A stretch of DNA of 64,000 nucleotides. Origin: Candidatus Heimdallarchaeota archaeon (GTDB lineage Archaea; Asgardarchaeota; Heimdallarchaeia; Heimdallarchaeales; Heimdallarchaeaceae). The position numbers and the translations under genes are program-made. Each line of letters begins with the position of its first letter. Position 1 is the first letter of the stretch. The DNA is taken from the NCBI GenBank assembly GCA_030668825.1, contig DAOVET010000001.1, positions 32,001 through 96,000 on the forward strand, written 5' to 3'. The notes below the pieces were generated by a model, which was not told the DNA's origin, ran no database searches, and saw only the letters and a program-made list of their open reading frames with translations. Positions 19,911-30,417 of this stretch are shown piece by piece.

Positions 19911-22256
19911 TTATAATAAATTAGCTAAATCATTTAATACCTCAAATTCTGAAAAATCGGTTCCAATTCTCTCCACTAATCTATATATCATTTCACTACT
20001 TGTGCTTTTTAATCTAATTTTTTCTCCAGCAATTTCTTCTAAAACTTCTTCTAAAGAGCCCAATTTCCAAATAAATATATTATCTTCTAAAAGGAGTTTG
20101 GTAAAATCATTTAGAATTTGTTCATTTGCTAAAACATTTTCTAGATTCTTATCAAGAAACTTAGATAATTCTTCTTGTTCTTTGAATTCATTTAGCATTT
20201 TTCCAAGAACAGAATCCTTGAAAGGTAAATATTTCTTTTTTGTATCCCCTTTAGTTTTGTTTGCAATTGGAAAAGCTGCATCTAGATCTACTACTATTAA
20301 GGCTTCAACCTCAAGTTTTTTTATTAGTTTCCAAACAATTGGAAGGTTTCTAATTCCATGTAATTCAATTATATCCCAACCATTTGATTCTAATTTGAAA
20401 TTCTCAGGAAAATTAGTCCCCAGTTCTTCAACGAATAATTTATCGTTTGGTCCTTCTACAATCATAACTTTGTTAGAAAAGAGTAGTTTATTTACACTGT
20501 CGATTCTTTTTAGGAATTTACTTGCTTTACCTTCAGATGACTTTCTTTTTGATTCTTCTTCTTTGTCATCAATCTCAGATATGTTAAATCTTATTAGTTT
20601 TCCATATACACCTTTCCAGATTTGTGTTCTGAGAAAATCGTTAATGAAATATGGGGAATGAGTAATCAAAATATAAGTAGGAATAATCTCTTCATTTAGA
20701 TAGTTCGATATTGTGTTAATCACTTTTCTTTGTAGTTGTGGATGTAATGCTCTTGCTGGCTCATCAATTATGATTGTTTTATCTCCTCTTTCAAATAAAG
20801 AAGTTAGAATCATTAAAGTTTCATAAGCTCCACTTGGTGCTTCATGCATCTCTATTGGTACATTCATGCTATCTGTAAATTGAATTAAGGGAGCTCTTTC
20901 TATAACATTTTCTTCTATATCAGCCCATTTAACATTTTTTTGAATATCTTCATTATATCCTGTTGTTGATGTTGTTCTAATAACATCCCCAATTATAAGT
21001 TTAGGATAATTTTCTGTTACTCTAATTGGTTCTTCTTTTACATAAACATCAAATTTCATTTTGAAAAGATTCTCAAATTCTTTCTTTAAATCATAAAATC
21101 TCTTTCGTTCATTCTGTATAGAAGAATTTTTCCATCTATAAAGTGTTTCAGATAATTGGTTTATGGTGAAATAGCTGATACCCGAATAATCTTCAGCAAT
21201 AAGACCTCTATGTTCAGGTATAATAATTGTTCTGTTTTTAAAGAGTTTTTTAATAATGTTGCAAAAAATAATATGAGAACCTTCATTTTCAATCGGATAA
21301 AACGCTTTAATTTTTTGAAATACTTCATATGAAAGATTTTTAATTTCACCCTTTCCATACTTTAGATTCAGATTTGGTAAAGTTATCTTATAGGAAATAT
21401 CTGCATCAAATGTACTTTCAAGCATTTTGTTTACAACATTAGGAGAAATTTTAGCATCATCTTTTCTCAAAAAAATATGCATTGCTTTTAGTAAACTTAG
21501 ATTAACATCACTGTTCTTCTCATTACTTAAACCATCATAATCTATTAGATAGCATCTAGATTTCTGAAAAACAGATATTGAAGGTATCAATCTAGTAACA
21601 TCTGCTTTAAGATTAACTTTTATTTTCTTAAATAGTTGACCGATATTAGAATGCATATCATTTGATAAAAGAATCCTCTTGAATTCTAATAGTCTATTAC
21701 CTTTCAAAAAACCAAGTTTAAAAGTAAAATCAGACTTTTCAAGGGTTTCTTTAAATTTCTCAAAGTTATTTTTATCCAGTTTTGAAAAAAGTTGATTTCT
21801 TTTTTCTTGAATTTTCAGCACTGGGGTTTGTTTAGTCTCAGGCAATTTAAGATTTAAAATATTTTTATTAAATTCATATAGATTATTGATTTCGTTATCA
21901 TCAATATCAAATATAATTTCTCTGATGAACATTTCCTTGAAATCATTAAATCTGTTTGATTCTTCCATCTCTTCTATTTCTCTATAGATACTCACGCATA
22001 ATATTGAACCAAGTAGTTCCTGCTCAAATTTTGATAGTTCAAGTTCTATGTTTAGGTTAATATCTGGATCATATTTACCTAAATCTACAGAGTTTTTTTC
22101 TAAACACAAACCCACCAGTTTAATAGCTCTTACTACATTGGTTTTTCCAGATCCATTAGGTCCAACTATGAAGTTGTTTCCGTTGTTAAAAGTGATTTCT
22201 TGGGTATCTTCTCCATAAGACAGGAAATTCCTGAGTTGGAGTGATGTAATTTTCAT
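19911..22256 (-). CDS. OLD-family ATP-dependent nuclease (ABC ATPase + TOPRIM)
   Basis: LRNFLSY, GPNGSGKT (Walker A), IIDEP (Walker B), THSP, VEGPND and DLD (TOPRIM). Confidence 0.88.
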   Translation of the reverse strand: MKITSLQLRNFLSYGEDTQEITFNNGNNFIVGPNGSGKTNVVRAIKLVGLCLEKNSVDLGKYDPDINLNIELELSKFEQELLGSILCVSIYREIEEMEESNRFNDFKEMFIREIIFDIDDNEINNLYEFNKNILNLKLPETKQTPVLKIQEKRNQLFSKLDKNNFEKFKETLEKSDFTFKLGFLKGNRLLEFKRILLSNDMHSNIGQLFKKIKVNLKADVTRLIPSISVFQKSRCYLIDYDGLSNEKNSDVNLSLLKAMHIFLRKDDAKISPNVVNKMLESTFDADISYKITLPNLNLKYGKGEIKNLSYEVFQKIKAFYPIENEGSHIIFCNIIKKLFKNRTIIIPEHRGLIAEDYSGISYFTINQLSETLYRWKNSSIQNERKRFYDLKKEFENLFKMKFDVYVKEEPIRVTENYPKLIIGDVIRTTSTTGYNEDIQKNVKWADIEENVIERAPLIQFTDSMNVPIEMHEAPSGAYETLMILTSLFERGDKTIIIDEPARALHPQLQRKVINTISNYLNEEIIPTYILITHSPYFINDFLRTQIWKGVYGKLIRFNISEIDDKEEESKRKSSEGKASKFLKRIDSVNKLLFSNKVMIVEGPNDKLFVEELGTNFPENFKLESNGWDIIELHGIRNLPIVWKLIKKLEVEALIVVDLDAAFPIANKTKGDTKKKYLPFKDSVLGKMLNEFKEQEELSKFLDKNLENVLANEQILNDFTKLLLEDNIFIWKLGSLEEVLEEIAGEKIRLKSTSSEMIYRLVERIGTDFSEFEVLNDLANLL

Positions 22257-22477
22257 AAATATTTTAGTCTCAACTTAATTTATAAATCATACGATTGAAT
22301 GTTCATTTAAAATTCTAATCAATCAGATTCTATGATTGGTTGGTTTAAAGAAAGAATCTATCTCCACTTTATTGATTTCCAAATTTTTAATATCAATTTC
22401 TCTGCTAAACATAAATAGTACTACTACGAAGATCAATATACAGTAAGAATCAAATAAAAAGTGTAAATTCTGATGTT

Positions 22478-22849
22478 CTAATACTGTCTTTTTCTATTAA
22501 GAAAGTTTGCTTCTACTTCTGCTTCTATCTCTTCTCTTATCTTCTCCTCCATTCTTTCAGCCCATTTATTGAAGAGATACTTAAATGGTAACACTTCTAT
22601 TAAGAATAATAGTAAGAATATTCCAGAACCTATTACTCCCAATATTCTCAATAATATCATCCATATTGCTTCCCCCAAAACTGTCTTCTCAAAATAGAAT
22701 GCTGCTGCTGTTCCGCAAATAAACACTACTGCTCCTATGAACGCACCTAATCTATCTTCCCAGCTAAATACTTTTTCTCTCTCTCTTCTTATCCTTTCTG
22801 CGTATCTCTTTAATTCAGTATTTTTTATTATCATATAAACCCAAACCAT
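22478..22849 (-). CDS. Small two-TM membrane protein
   Basis: Two hydrophobic helices flanked by charged segments; strongly purine-ending codons. Confidence 0.65.
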   Translation of the reverse strand: MVWVYMIIKNTELKRYAERIRREREKVFSWEDRLGAFIGAVVFICGTAAAFYFEKTVLGEAIWMILLRILGVIGSGIFLLLFLIEVLPFKYLFNKWAERMEEKIREEIEAEVEANFLNRKRQY

Positions 22850-22951
22850 ATCTTTTTTTCATCTTTCTACTCATCTCTGCAGGATGTGTTTCTTCTATTA
22901 TTATCACCATCCACATGACGAAAAATACTGTCAAATATCCCATTATCTCTA

Positions 22952-23266
22952 TCAACTTATCCCCTCCACTAACAGCTCCCCTATTGTCCTCTCTGTCATC
23001 TCAAAGAAGCTCATTATCCCCTCACTCTCATGGATCAGTTCATGTAGTTTCTTTAGTTTCACTTCCCTTCCCAGATTATCCTCGAAAGCTATCTCATAAC
23101 TCCATGCTCTCTTCTCCCTCTCTTCTATCATCCACTCCTTCTGTTCTTCAAAGAAGTTCTTCAGGAAGAATTGTAATCCATATACTGTCGTTATCTTCTG
23201 TCTTGTTAGTTCTATCCTTCCCTCTTTCCCTTCTACATAGATTACAAAGACCATATTCCAGTTCAT
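22952..23266 (-). CDS. Hypothetical protein
   Basis: 104-aa ORF with the same skewed codon usage as 22478-22849. Confidence 0.6.
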   Translation of the reverse strand: MNWNMVFVIYVEGKEGRIELTRQKITTVYGLQFFLKNFFEEQKEWMIEEREKRAWSYEIAFEDNLGREVKLKKLHELIHESEGIMSFFEMTERTIGELLVEGIS

Positions 23267-23349
23267 TTTGCTCTATTTTGCTTATCAGAACTTTGGTTTA
23301 TAAAGTAGGGAAAGTTTTTTTCTCGAGTTTTTAAATCAATTTACAGATT

Positions 23350-23432
23350 AGTGGTTGAAGCTGGCACAAACCCTTGAAATTCATATATCTAAAAAATATA
23401 ACTCATCACACTTTAGCTGGCTTCGACCCACT
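23350..23432 (+). other. Long imperfect inverted repeat with G-U pairs (structured RNA or ssDNA hairpin)
   Basis: AGTGGTTGAAGCTGGC (23350-23365) pairs with GCTGGCTTCGACCCACT (23416-23432): 16 pairs including 3 G-U and one bulged C, followed by a pyrimidine run. Confidence 0.55.
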
Positions 23433-23665
23433 CTTTTCTTCTCTCAATCTCCTTCATCAGTTACTTATGGAAGCAAAATTAAAAATCTGGGTTTTAGATT
23501 GATAAAATAGAGAAAATTAGTGAATTTTTCAACCTTCCTCTCAAACACCTGAAAAAAATAGACTTCTAACTTATCTCACATTTAGTATTTCTATATCCTT
23601 ATTTTATTTCGATAGAGGAAAATCAAAAATGCAAAAATCAAACAAACTATTCTTGTTCAAGTATA

Positions 23666-25333
23666 CTATCTTCTTCTTTTAGAACTAAATCGGGAATAAC
23701 CAAATACAATTAGTGGGATTAGTACAATTAAAGAAAGAAACGAGTAGTAAATATTATTATTCCTATAAACTGGAGGTTCAGAAAGAGGATAAAGATCTTG
23801 TGCATTTGCAAATCCATCAATATAATAGCTACCAACTACCACAAAATAGTCTGACCAATAATTTCCTTCCTCATTTTCTTCATCATACCAGAGATTATCT
23901 CCATCATCTCTCGCTTGGGAAGTACCGTAATACTGGTTGTTATTGTAAAAGGAATTATGGTGAACAAGATTGTTGACTGAATCTTCATCTAAAAATACTC
24001 CCCAAAAATAATTATTAGTTAAAGTATTGTAAGTAATAGAGATATTTGATGAGTTTTCAAGCACTAACCCATGATTATTATTGCTTAAAATATTATTTTC
24101 GATTAATGAATTACTTGTTTGCACAAGTAGAATCCCTTGTTTTTTATTGAAACTACAGTTATTGTTCATGATGGTTATTCTATCACTAAATTTAACATGT
24201 ATTCCTATTAATGTTTGATCCAAGACTTGATTTTTTATCATGAATTCAGAGCAATTGGAAATAAATAGCTGACCATAGATTGGTTTTGTTATTTTCAAAT
24301 TATTTTGGTTTGTAAAATAACCGTACTCTTTTCCATTTATCATATTGTTGTACACTGTGTAAGTATGATAATCTGCTGGATTTAATTCGTAAAAATAATA
24401 GTCACACTCTGTTAATGTATTCCCAATAAATTCAGAAAATTCTGAATCCCTTACATATATACCATTAGACTCGGTAGTAATTTCATTATTTATAACAGAG
24501 ACATTTCCACTATATACTACTGTTAATCCTATTCCTCCTCCAAAACAGTAATTGTCTGTTACTACAGAATCATTTGAATGAGATAATCGAATGTTAAACT
24601 GAACATTATTGAAACAAGAGTTATTTGCAACTAAAGCTGCTCTAGATGTATGAAGATATATCCCTCCTAAATAAGAATTGTTATGAAGAGAATTGCTAAC
24701 AACGGTAGCGAAGAAACTGCTACCAAGAAGTAATCCTCCTTTGAAATTATCTGAAATATTATTACCATAGATATAACTAGAATTACAATTATTAAGGAAA
24801 ATACCTCCTTCATTACTCTTTGTACATGTATTATTTACGATTCTAATATTTGGTGAAAATATTACATGGATACCATAGCGTAAACCTTCATTACATGTAT
24901 TTTTGATGAGCTCTATACCTTCTGCTTTACTGATCTCCATCCCAGATTTTTGATAATTCTGACACAAATTTTCCTTAATTTTGATACTGTTAGGTGCTAC
25001 ATTTAGAATATAGATACTGTAGTTATCACCATCCAGAAAACAATTTTGGATCAGGAAGCATTTGGTAGTATAAGATATTGATATACACGCTTCTTCGGTT
25101 GTAGTAATGTTAAGATTCTCTATACGGTAAGGATCTACAGCTGTTCCTTCTCCTGGTAAGCTGTAAAGAGAGATATTGGTATCAGATTGTATGACAATAG
25201 GTATCGAGATTATATATGAATTAGAATTTAAATTTCCACTATCTGTGGTAGCTGTAGTAATTTCTATACTCCAACTTTTCATTAGAATTAAACTGAAACA
25301 CACCACTACTAGTAACCCTTTCTGATATTTCAT
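23666..25333 (-). CDS. Cell-surface right-handed parallel beta-helix (NosD/CASH) protein with C-terminal TM anchor
   Basis: GEGTAVDPYRIENLNI, repeated NN..GI.L, GNYWSDY, DLYPL, TM plus KRRR. Confidence 0.88.
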   Translation of the reverse strand: MKYQKGLLVVVCFSLILMKSWSIEITTATTDSGNLNSNSYIISIPIVIQSDTNISLYSLPGEGTAVDPYRIENLNITTTEEACISISYTTKCFLIQNCFLDGDNYSIYILNVAPNSIKIKENLCQNYQKSGMEISKAEGIELIKNTCNEGLRYGIHVIFSPNIRIVNNTCTKSNEGGIFLNNCNSSYIYGNNISDNFKGGLLLGSSFFATVVSNSLHNNSYLGGIYLHTSRAALVANNSCFNNVQFNIRLSHSNDSVVTDNYCFGGGIGLTVVYSGNVSVINNEITTESNGIYVRDSEFSEFIGNTLTECDYYFYELNPADYHTYTVYNNMINGKEYGYFTNQNNLKITKPIYGQLFISNCSEFMIKNQVLDQTLIGIHVKFSDRITIMNNNCSFNKKQGILLVQTSNSLIENNILSNNNHGLVLENSSNISITYNTLTNNYFWGVFLDEDSVNNLVHHNSFYNNNQYYGTSQARDDGDNLWYDEENEEGNYWSDYFVVVGSYYIDGFANAQDLYPLSEPPVYRNNNIYYSFLSLIVLIPLIVFGYSRFSSKRRR

Positions 25334-25387
25334 TTTATCACTCTTGTTTTATCTTCTAAATCTCACTTATTCACAATTTATTCTGAA

Positions 25388-27109
25388 TTATCTCAATTTC
25401 TTTTCTTGATTATTGAATCTTTTTTTCCTAATTGTTATTTGGAAATAACCATAAATCATCAGAGGAATAATAACAGCAAACGAGAAAAAAGCATAGTAAA
25501 TATTCTTATTTCTATAAACTGGGTGTTCAGAAAGAGGATAAGGATCTACAACACCAGCAAAACCGTCTATACTGTAGTTTCCAACTCCTGAATAGTCTTC
25601 CCAGTAGTTCCCCTCCTCTTTTTTCTCATCATACCAGAGATTATCTCCATCATCTTTTGCTTGGGATGTACCATAGAAGTTGTTGTTTATGAAAACGTTA
25701 TGGTGTATTGAGTTATTAGCAGAACCACCACCTAATACCACTCCCCATAATCCGCTATTTGTTATCACATTGTATGTGATCTCATTGTATGAGGATTGCT
25801 CTAATAAGATTCCATACAACCCATTATATTCTGAAGTGTTGTTAATTATATTCACTCGTTCAGATTTAAATAAATAGACTCCACTTCTGCTATTAAACTT
25901 GAAAACTGATTTTGAAATAGATATGTCCTCGCAATAATATAGACTTACTCCTGTAGAAAAACTACTTATCAACTGGTTCTTAATTTTGATGTTATTACAA
26001 TTTACAAGATGTAACTGATTAAAGATTGCTTCTGAAAGAGTAAGGTCATTTTCATCAACAAAATACCCGAAAAGTTTGTCATTAACGTAATTGGAAGTTA
26101 CGTAGTACTTCCTGAAATCTTCCACAGTTGATTCGTATATTCTAAACCCACAATCATAAAGCATATTATTGCTGATTATTGAGTATTCCGCATCCTTTAG
26201 ATATATACCTGTATTACTCCCTGCACAGATATTGTCAGAAACAGTCACGTTACCGCCTAAAACAACAATAATCCCATATATTTCACCAGAACAAATGTTT
26301 CTTGTTACTAAAGAGAAATTTGAGCTGTGGATATCTAAATTAGGTTGCCGATTATTATAACAGATATTATCAGAAACTGTCGATGTATAACACCTAAGTA
26401 ATCTTATCCCTCCATGTAAATCATTTAAGTAACAGCGATTATGCATAATAAGAGAATTCGTACAATCATCCAACACAATCCCTCCTTTTTTATTCTCATA
26501 ACAAGTATTGTTTTTAACTATGCTTTCAGAACTTTTATCTATAAACATCCCGACCCAGCTGTTATCAAAACAAGTATTAAGCTCGATTTGACAATTTGGT
26601 GAATCTTTGATATGTATACCAAAATAGCTATTTGAGTAACAGGTGTTATTAATTATCAGTGAGTTTGATGAATTATAAATACGAATTCCTCGTATAGAAT
26701 TACCAATACAAATGTTGTTTTCAATTTTTGCAGTTTCATTTTTAACTGATTCTATTACAATACCATTTACAGATGCGTTTACAAAACAATTTTGAATTAG
26801 AAAGTGTTTAGTTGTATTGTAAACATAAATTCCCCTTTCTTTTGTTGTAGTTATATTGAGATTTTCAATTATGAAAGGATTTACAGCTGTTCCATCACCT
26901 AGAAATCCATAATCTGTGAAATTAGAGTCATTTGTAATAACGATTGGTAATGAGTCAATATAGGAAAGAAAAGGTTGATAAGCTTCTTTAGAAGGAAATC
27001 TATAACATGTATTCTGAAATTCAGTTTCTTTAGATTCTACTGAGGTAAACATTGACAGTAACAAAATACAAAAAATTGTAACTGTTACATTCTTTCTCAT
27101 ATAACCCAT
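25388..27109 (-). CDS. Cell-surface right-handed parallel beta-helix (NosD/CASH) protein, tandem paralog
   Basis: GDGTAVNPFIIENLNI, beta-helix repeats, GNYWEDY, DPYPL, TM plus basic tail; colinear with 23666-25333. Confidence 0.88.
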   Translation of the reverse strand: MGYMRKNVTVTIFCILLLSMFTSVESKETEFQNTCYRFPSKEAYQPFLSYIDSLPIVITNDSNFTDYGFLGDGTAVNPFIIENLNITTTKERGIYVYNTTKHFLIQNCFVNASVNGIVIESVKNETAKIENNICIGNSIRGIRIYNSSNSLIINNTCYSNSYFGIHIKDSPNCQIELNTCFDNSWVGMFIDKSSESIVKNNTCYENKKGGIVLDDCTNSLIMHNRCYLNDLHGGIRLLRCYTSTVSDNICYNNRQPNLDIHSSNFSLVTRNICSGEIYGIIVVLGGNVTVSDNICAGSNTGIYLKDAEYSIISNNMLYDCGFRIYESTVEDFRKYYVTSNYVNDKLFGYFVDENDLTLSEAIFNQLHLVNCNNIKIKNQLISSFSTGVSLYYCEDISISKSVFKFNSRSGVYLFKSERVNIINNTSEYNGLYGILLEQSSYNEITYNVITNSGLWGVVLGGGSANNSIHHNVFINNNFYGTSQAKDDGDNLWYDEKKEEGNYWEDYSGVGNYSIDGFAGVVDPYPLSEHPVYRNKNIYYAFFSFAVIIPLMIYGYFQITIRKKRFNNQEKKLR

Positions 27110-27273
27110 GCAAAATCCTCTTCACTCAAAATAAGGCAGATATTAATTTTTAAAGATTTTGACTGCATTTTAATTAATTTCCTTTTTCGAATACTATTAT
27201 AAGTGTTTAAGATATATTATTCTAGATAAAAAGACGGTTCAAACATATAGAAGACTTATCTAAAGGTGAAAGA

Positions 27274-28725
27274 TTGAAAACCAAATTCAAAGTGGCTATA
27301 ATTGCCGGAGCAATAATAGGGCTCGTAAGTATAACTATCCCTACTGTTTTTTTTCTAATACAACCTCCAGAGATAACCAATGGTAATAATGACAATAAGA
27401 GTATTGATAATGTTATTTACCCAAATCCGCTTTTTTACCGAGGAACAATTTCAGATATGATGCTTGAAAGTGACGACAGAGTACAGTTTATTGTAGGTAG
27501 CTATAATGCCACCTATGTCACCTATCCTCATTCACCTGCTTATATAATTTTAGATCACAAAAATCAAACGTGTACATATAAAGAGATGTTCCCAGGAATT
27601 ACTTCAGGAAATATGCATCAACTAAAAATAGGTTTAGGTCCAAATAATGAGTCAATTGCTTATAATTTTTTTACCAATCCTTTCGGTTATCTAGTGGCAT
27701 ACTTGTACAAAACAAATACTCTTGGGAGATGGATATTCTATCCTGCACTTTCTGATAAACCCATGCCTTACGGTGGTTTTAATAGGAGAAGTGTGTATAA
27801 CTGGAATTTTATGCCTTCAGGAAAAATAAATCTCGCTTTCTTATATCAAGGAACTTATAATACACCTGCAATCTATAATGAAACAACAGATAGTTTTTTC
27901 TTCTTGAGCGATGTTTTTGAGGAAATTAAAGATCAAGTAATTCTTAACAGGTATGGAGACTTTGCAGTTGTAGATTCAAATATTTTCTACTTTTGGTCAG
28001 AATATATAAATGAGTACAACTTTCATCCTTATCTAGCTATTAAATGGCAGGGAGAAGGATGGCAACTAACAAGAATAGGAAATGAATCAGAAACATATAT
28101 GCCCATCAGTATTATTCCTCAGAAAAATGTAGTGAATATTTTTTATCATGATTCTGGTAAAAGCAGTTTGAATAGTAGACTCTATCACACCCAGATTTAT
28201 AATTCTACTAGTAATACTACAACACTTCTACACCAATTTGATGGGAGAACTGTTTTTCGTCAAGATTCTGTATGTGCTCTCTCTCAAAATGAGTATGTGT
28301 TCTTGTATACTAAAGGGTCGTATGTACTAAATGCACAAAGAGATCTGTTTATGGGTTATTATGATGGTAAAGAATTCTATGAATTTATGCTTACAGATAC
28401 TCCACAACTTCTTGAACATCGAGCACATTGTGAATTAGGGGAGAATTACATTCATTTGGCTTGGGAAACTAGTATAGACAAAGGAACTGGAATCTATGAC
28501 CCAATGCAGACTAATCTTTTCTATAATAGAATATCCTTAAAGGAAATAAGACTGTCAAAAGAAACTGTTATAATACCATCAATGATAACCATAAAGAATG
28601 AAAACCATAGAACAAAGCTCTTTAACGATTGGACTTTCTTAAAACTTACTATCTATATTGCTCTGTCCATCAAAATCCTTTTTTTTCCAGTAAAATTCTT
28701 GTGTGAGATACAGGGATTCTTATGA
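27274..28725 (+). CDS. Membrane-anchored extracellular beta-rich (possibly propeller) protein
   Basis: N-terminal TM, aromatic beta-strand repeats (IHLAWE, LFYNR); SD-like AGGTGA before a TTG start. Confidence 0.6.
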   Translation: MKTKFKVAIIAGAIIGLVSITIPTVFFLIQPPEITNGNNDNKSIDNVIYPNPLFYRGTISDMMLESDDRVQFIVGSYNATYVTYPHSPAYIILDHKNQTCTYKEMFPGITSGNMHQLKIGLGPNNESIAYNFFTNPFGYLVAYLYKTNTLGRWIFYPALSDKPMPYGGFNRRSVYNWNFMPSGKINLAFLYQGTYNTPAIYNETTDSFFFLSDVFEEIKDQVILNRYGDFAVVDSNIFYFWSEYINEYNFHPYLAIKWQGEGWQLTRIGNESETYMPISIIPQKNVVNIFYHDSGKSSLNSRLYHTQIYNSTSNTTTLLHQFDGRTVFRQDSVCALSQNEYVFLYTKGSYVLNAQRDLFMGYYDGKEFYEFMLTDTPQLLEHRAHCELGENYIHLAWETSIDKGTGIYDPMQTNLFYNRISLKEIRLSKETVIIPSMITIKNENHRTKLFNDWTFLKLTIYIALSIKILFFPVKFLCEIQGFL

Positions 28726-30417
28726 AATTATTATTGTTTTCATTAAATTGGTTTGAACTAAGAAATATTCAGGGTCTGTATTGTCGTTATAACAAGTGAG
28801 CACAAAATTAATTGTAGAATCTACAATAAATGAAGTGTTGAGAAAACCTCTAATTTGATAATTACCTGATTTTTGGAGCACAAAAGAGTAACCTCGTGAT
28901 CTATTTAAGATTAAGTATTCCAATTGCGGTTCTTCTGCAATGATTTCAATATAACTAAATAATCTAAATGTGTCAAATAACAAATTATTGTCACTATCTA
29001 TAACTATAGAATCGACTCTAATAATATCTGCACGCATAAAATCTGGAACATTGTGGTAAATATATTGGAAATTAATTTCCATTACAAAAGTAGAATTTTC
29101 ATATAATTCTACTTCTTTAATCGTTATTGATGAATTACTAGACCAATTCATACCATAAGCATCAGCAATTTCAAAGTTGTTGACAGTCCAACCATCACAA
29201 ACTTCTTCTCCTTGGATGATCAAATTACTAGGAAGCCCTAGAACTAAAATTATTAGAATAAAGGAGATTGCTTTTTCAATTTTTATCTTTTTGGAATAAT
29301 TAATTGGAACGATTTTATCCACTTCTTTAACAATCTTATCCTCTTCTTCAGTCTGATCAGTTTTTTTTCTCATTTTTAGTTTATGTATTAGAAATAGCAA
29401 ACTCGAAGATAGTATCAATGGAATTATAAATAATAAAAGAACCATAATAAAACCTGCTAGAAATTCGCTTGAAATTGCAGAAATGTCCAAATTGAGATAT
29501 GATTCTAGAATAAGGGATAAGAGTAAATTGTGAAATAACAAATCGCTCCAGAAAAATATTGTAAACAAGGTTATAGCTATAAAAAATATACTAGCTATCG
29601 AAAGTGAAATAATTTTAATTTTTCGTGATTTTGCTATTAAAGGTTCCTTAATCTTGCTTTGTAGTTTTGAAAGTATTAAAAAGATCCCACTTGTCACAAA
29701 AATATAAGCTAAGTAGATACCCAAAGGACCAACTTTTCCAGTAATAGGTAAAGTAAAAAGACAAGCAGAACCGAACATTCCAACTAAGCTAAAAGTATAA
29801 ATCCCATAGAATGGAATAAATGCAATTGTTTGATCAACTAGTTCTTCTTTACTATTTGTCCCCTTATGTTCACTTGAGCTCCTTGTTTTTTTCGTAGAAA
29901 TAATTAAGATCACCCCTTTTAGAAACAACAATAAAGGAGTAATAAATATTAAGAACAAGAAAAGAACATTCAAATTATTAGTATAACTATTTGCTCCACC
30001 AAGAAACATTATAGCTCCCCCTGCCCCATGAGACGAGTATTGTATGTGAGCTATTAGTCTTACTAGCTCATCTATATGATATATTGCGAAAAAAACACTA
30101 AATAATCCCACTTTTCTTGGGTAGAGTCTAGAGAGAAGGAAACCAGTGAGTACAAGAATTGCACTTAATATATAATTGGCTAAAGTGTTTTTTTCATTTG
30201 AAATATATGCGTCTATCTCGACCCAATTATATTCTATTGTTCCATTAGCTGAAGATATATCCTGAATTTGAATCGTTTGATCATATAGTGTTAACTTTGA
30301 TACTCTTATAGTTGCAATAAGTATAAAACCAACAATTATCAAAACAGAGAGTATTAAAACAATATAATCCCAACATTTATTCTTGGAAATGTAAAAATGC
30401 ATTCTTGTTTTCCTCAT
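28720..30417 (-). CDS. Polytopic membrane protein with a C-terminal extracellular domain
   Basis: About 9 hydrophobic segments, then a soluble beta-rich tail. Confidence 0.7.
   Translation of the reverse strand: MRKTRMHFYISKNKCWDYIVLILSVLIIVGFILIATIRVSKLTLYDQTIQIQDISSANGTIEYNWVEIDAYISNEKNTLANYILSAILVLTGFLLSRLYPRKVGLFSVFFAIYHIDELVRLIAHIQYSSHGAGGAIMFLGGANSYTNNLNVLFLFLIFITPLLLFLKGVILIISTKKTRSSSEHKGTNSKEELVDQTIAFIPFYGIYTFSLVGMFGSACLFTLPITGKVGPLGIYLAYIFVTSGIFLILSKLQSKIKEPLIAKSRKIKIISLSIASIFFIAITLFTIFFWSDLLFHNLLLSLILESYLNLDISAISSEFLAGFIMVLLLFIIPLILSSSLLFLIHKLKMRKKTDQTEEEDKIVKEVDKIVPINYSKKIKIEKAISFILIILVLGLPSNLIIQGEEVCDGWTVNNFEIADAYGMNWSSNSSITIKEVELYENSTFVMEINFQYIYHNVPDFMRADIIRVDSIVIDSDNNLLFDTFRLFSYIEIIAEEPQLEYLILNRSRGYSFVLQKSGNYQIRGFLNTSFIVDSTINFVLTCYNDNTDPEYFLVQTNLMKTIIIS

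Noticed and set aside
20002-20661. 219-aa plus-strand ORF and similar antisense ORFs (e.g. 12186, 13035, 22915, 42491, 55581, 55929)
   Set aside because: Ser/Phe/Leu-rich shadows opposite well-supported genes.
22401-22418. TCTGCTAAA (SAK, G5-like) inside the island
   Set aside because: No flanking G4 or terminal-helix similarity, and a stop follows within three codons.
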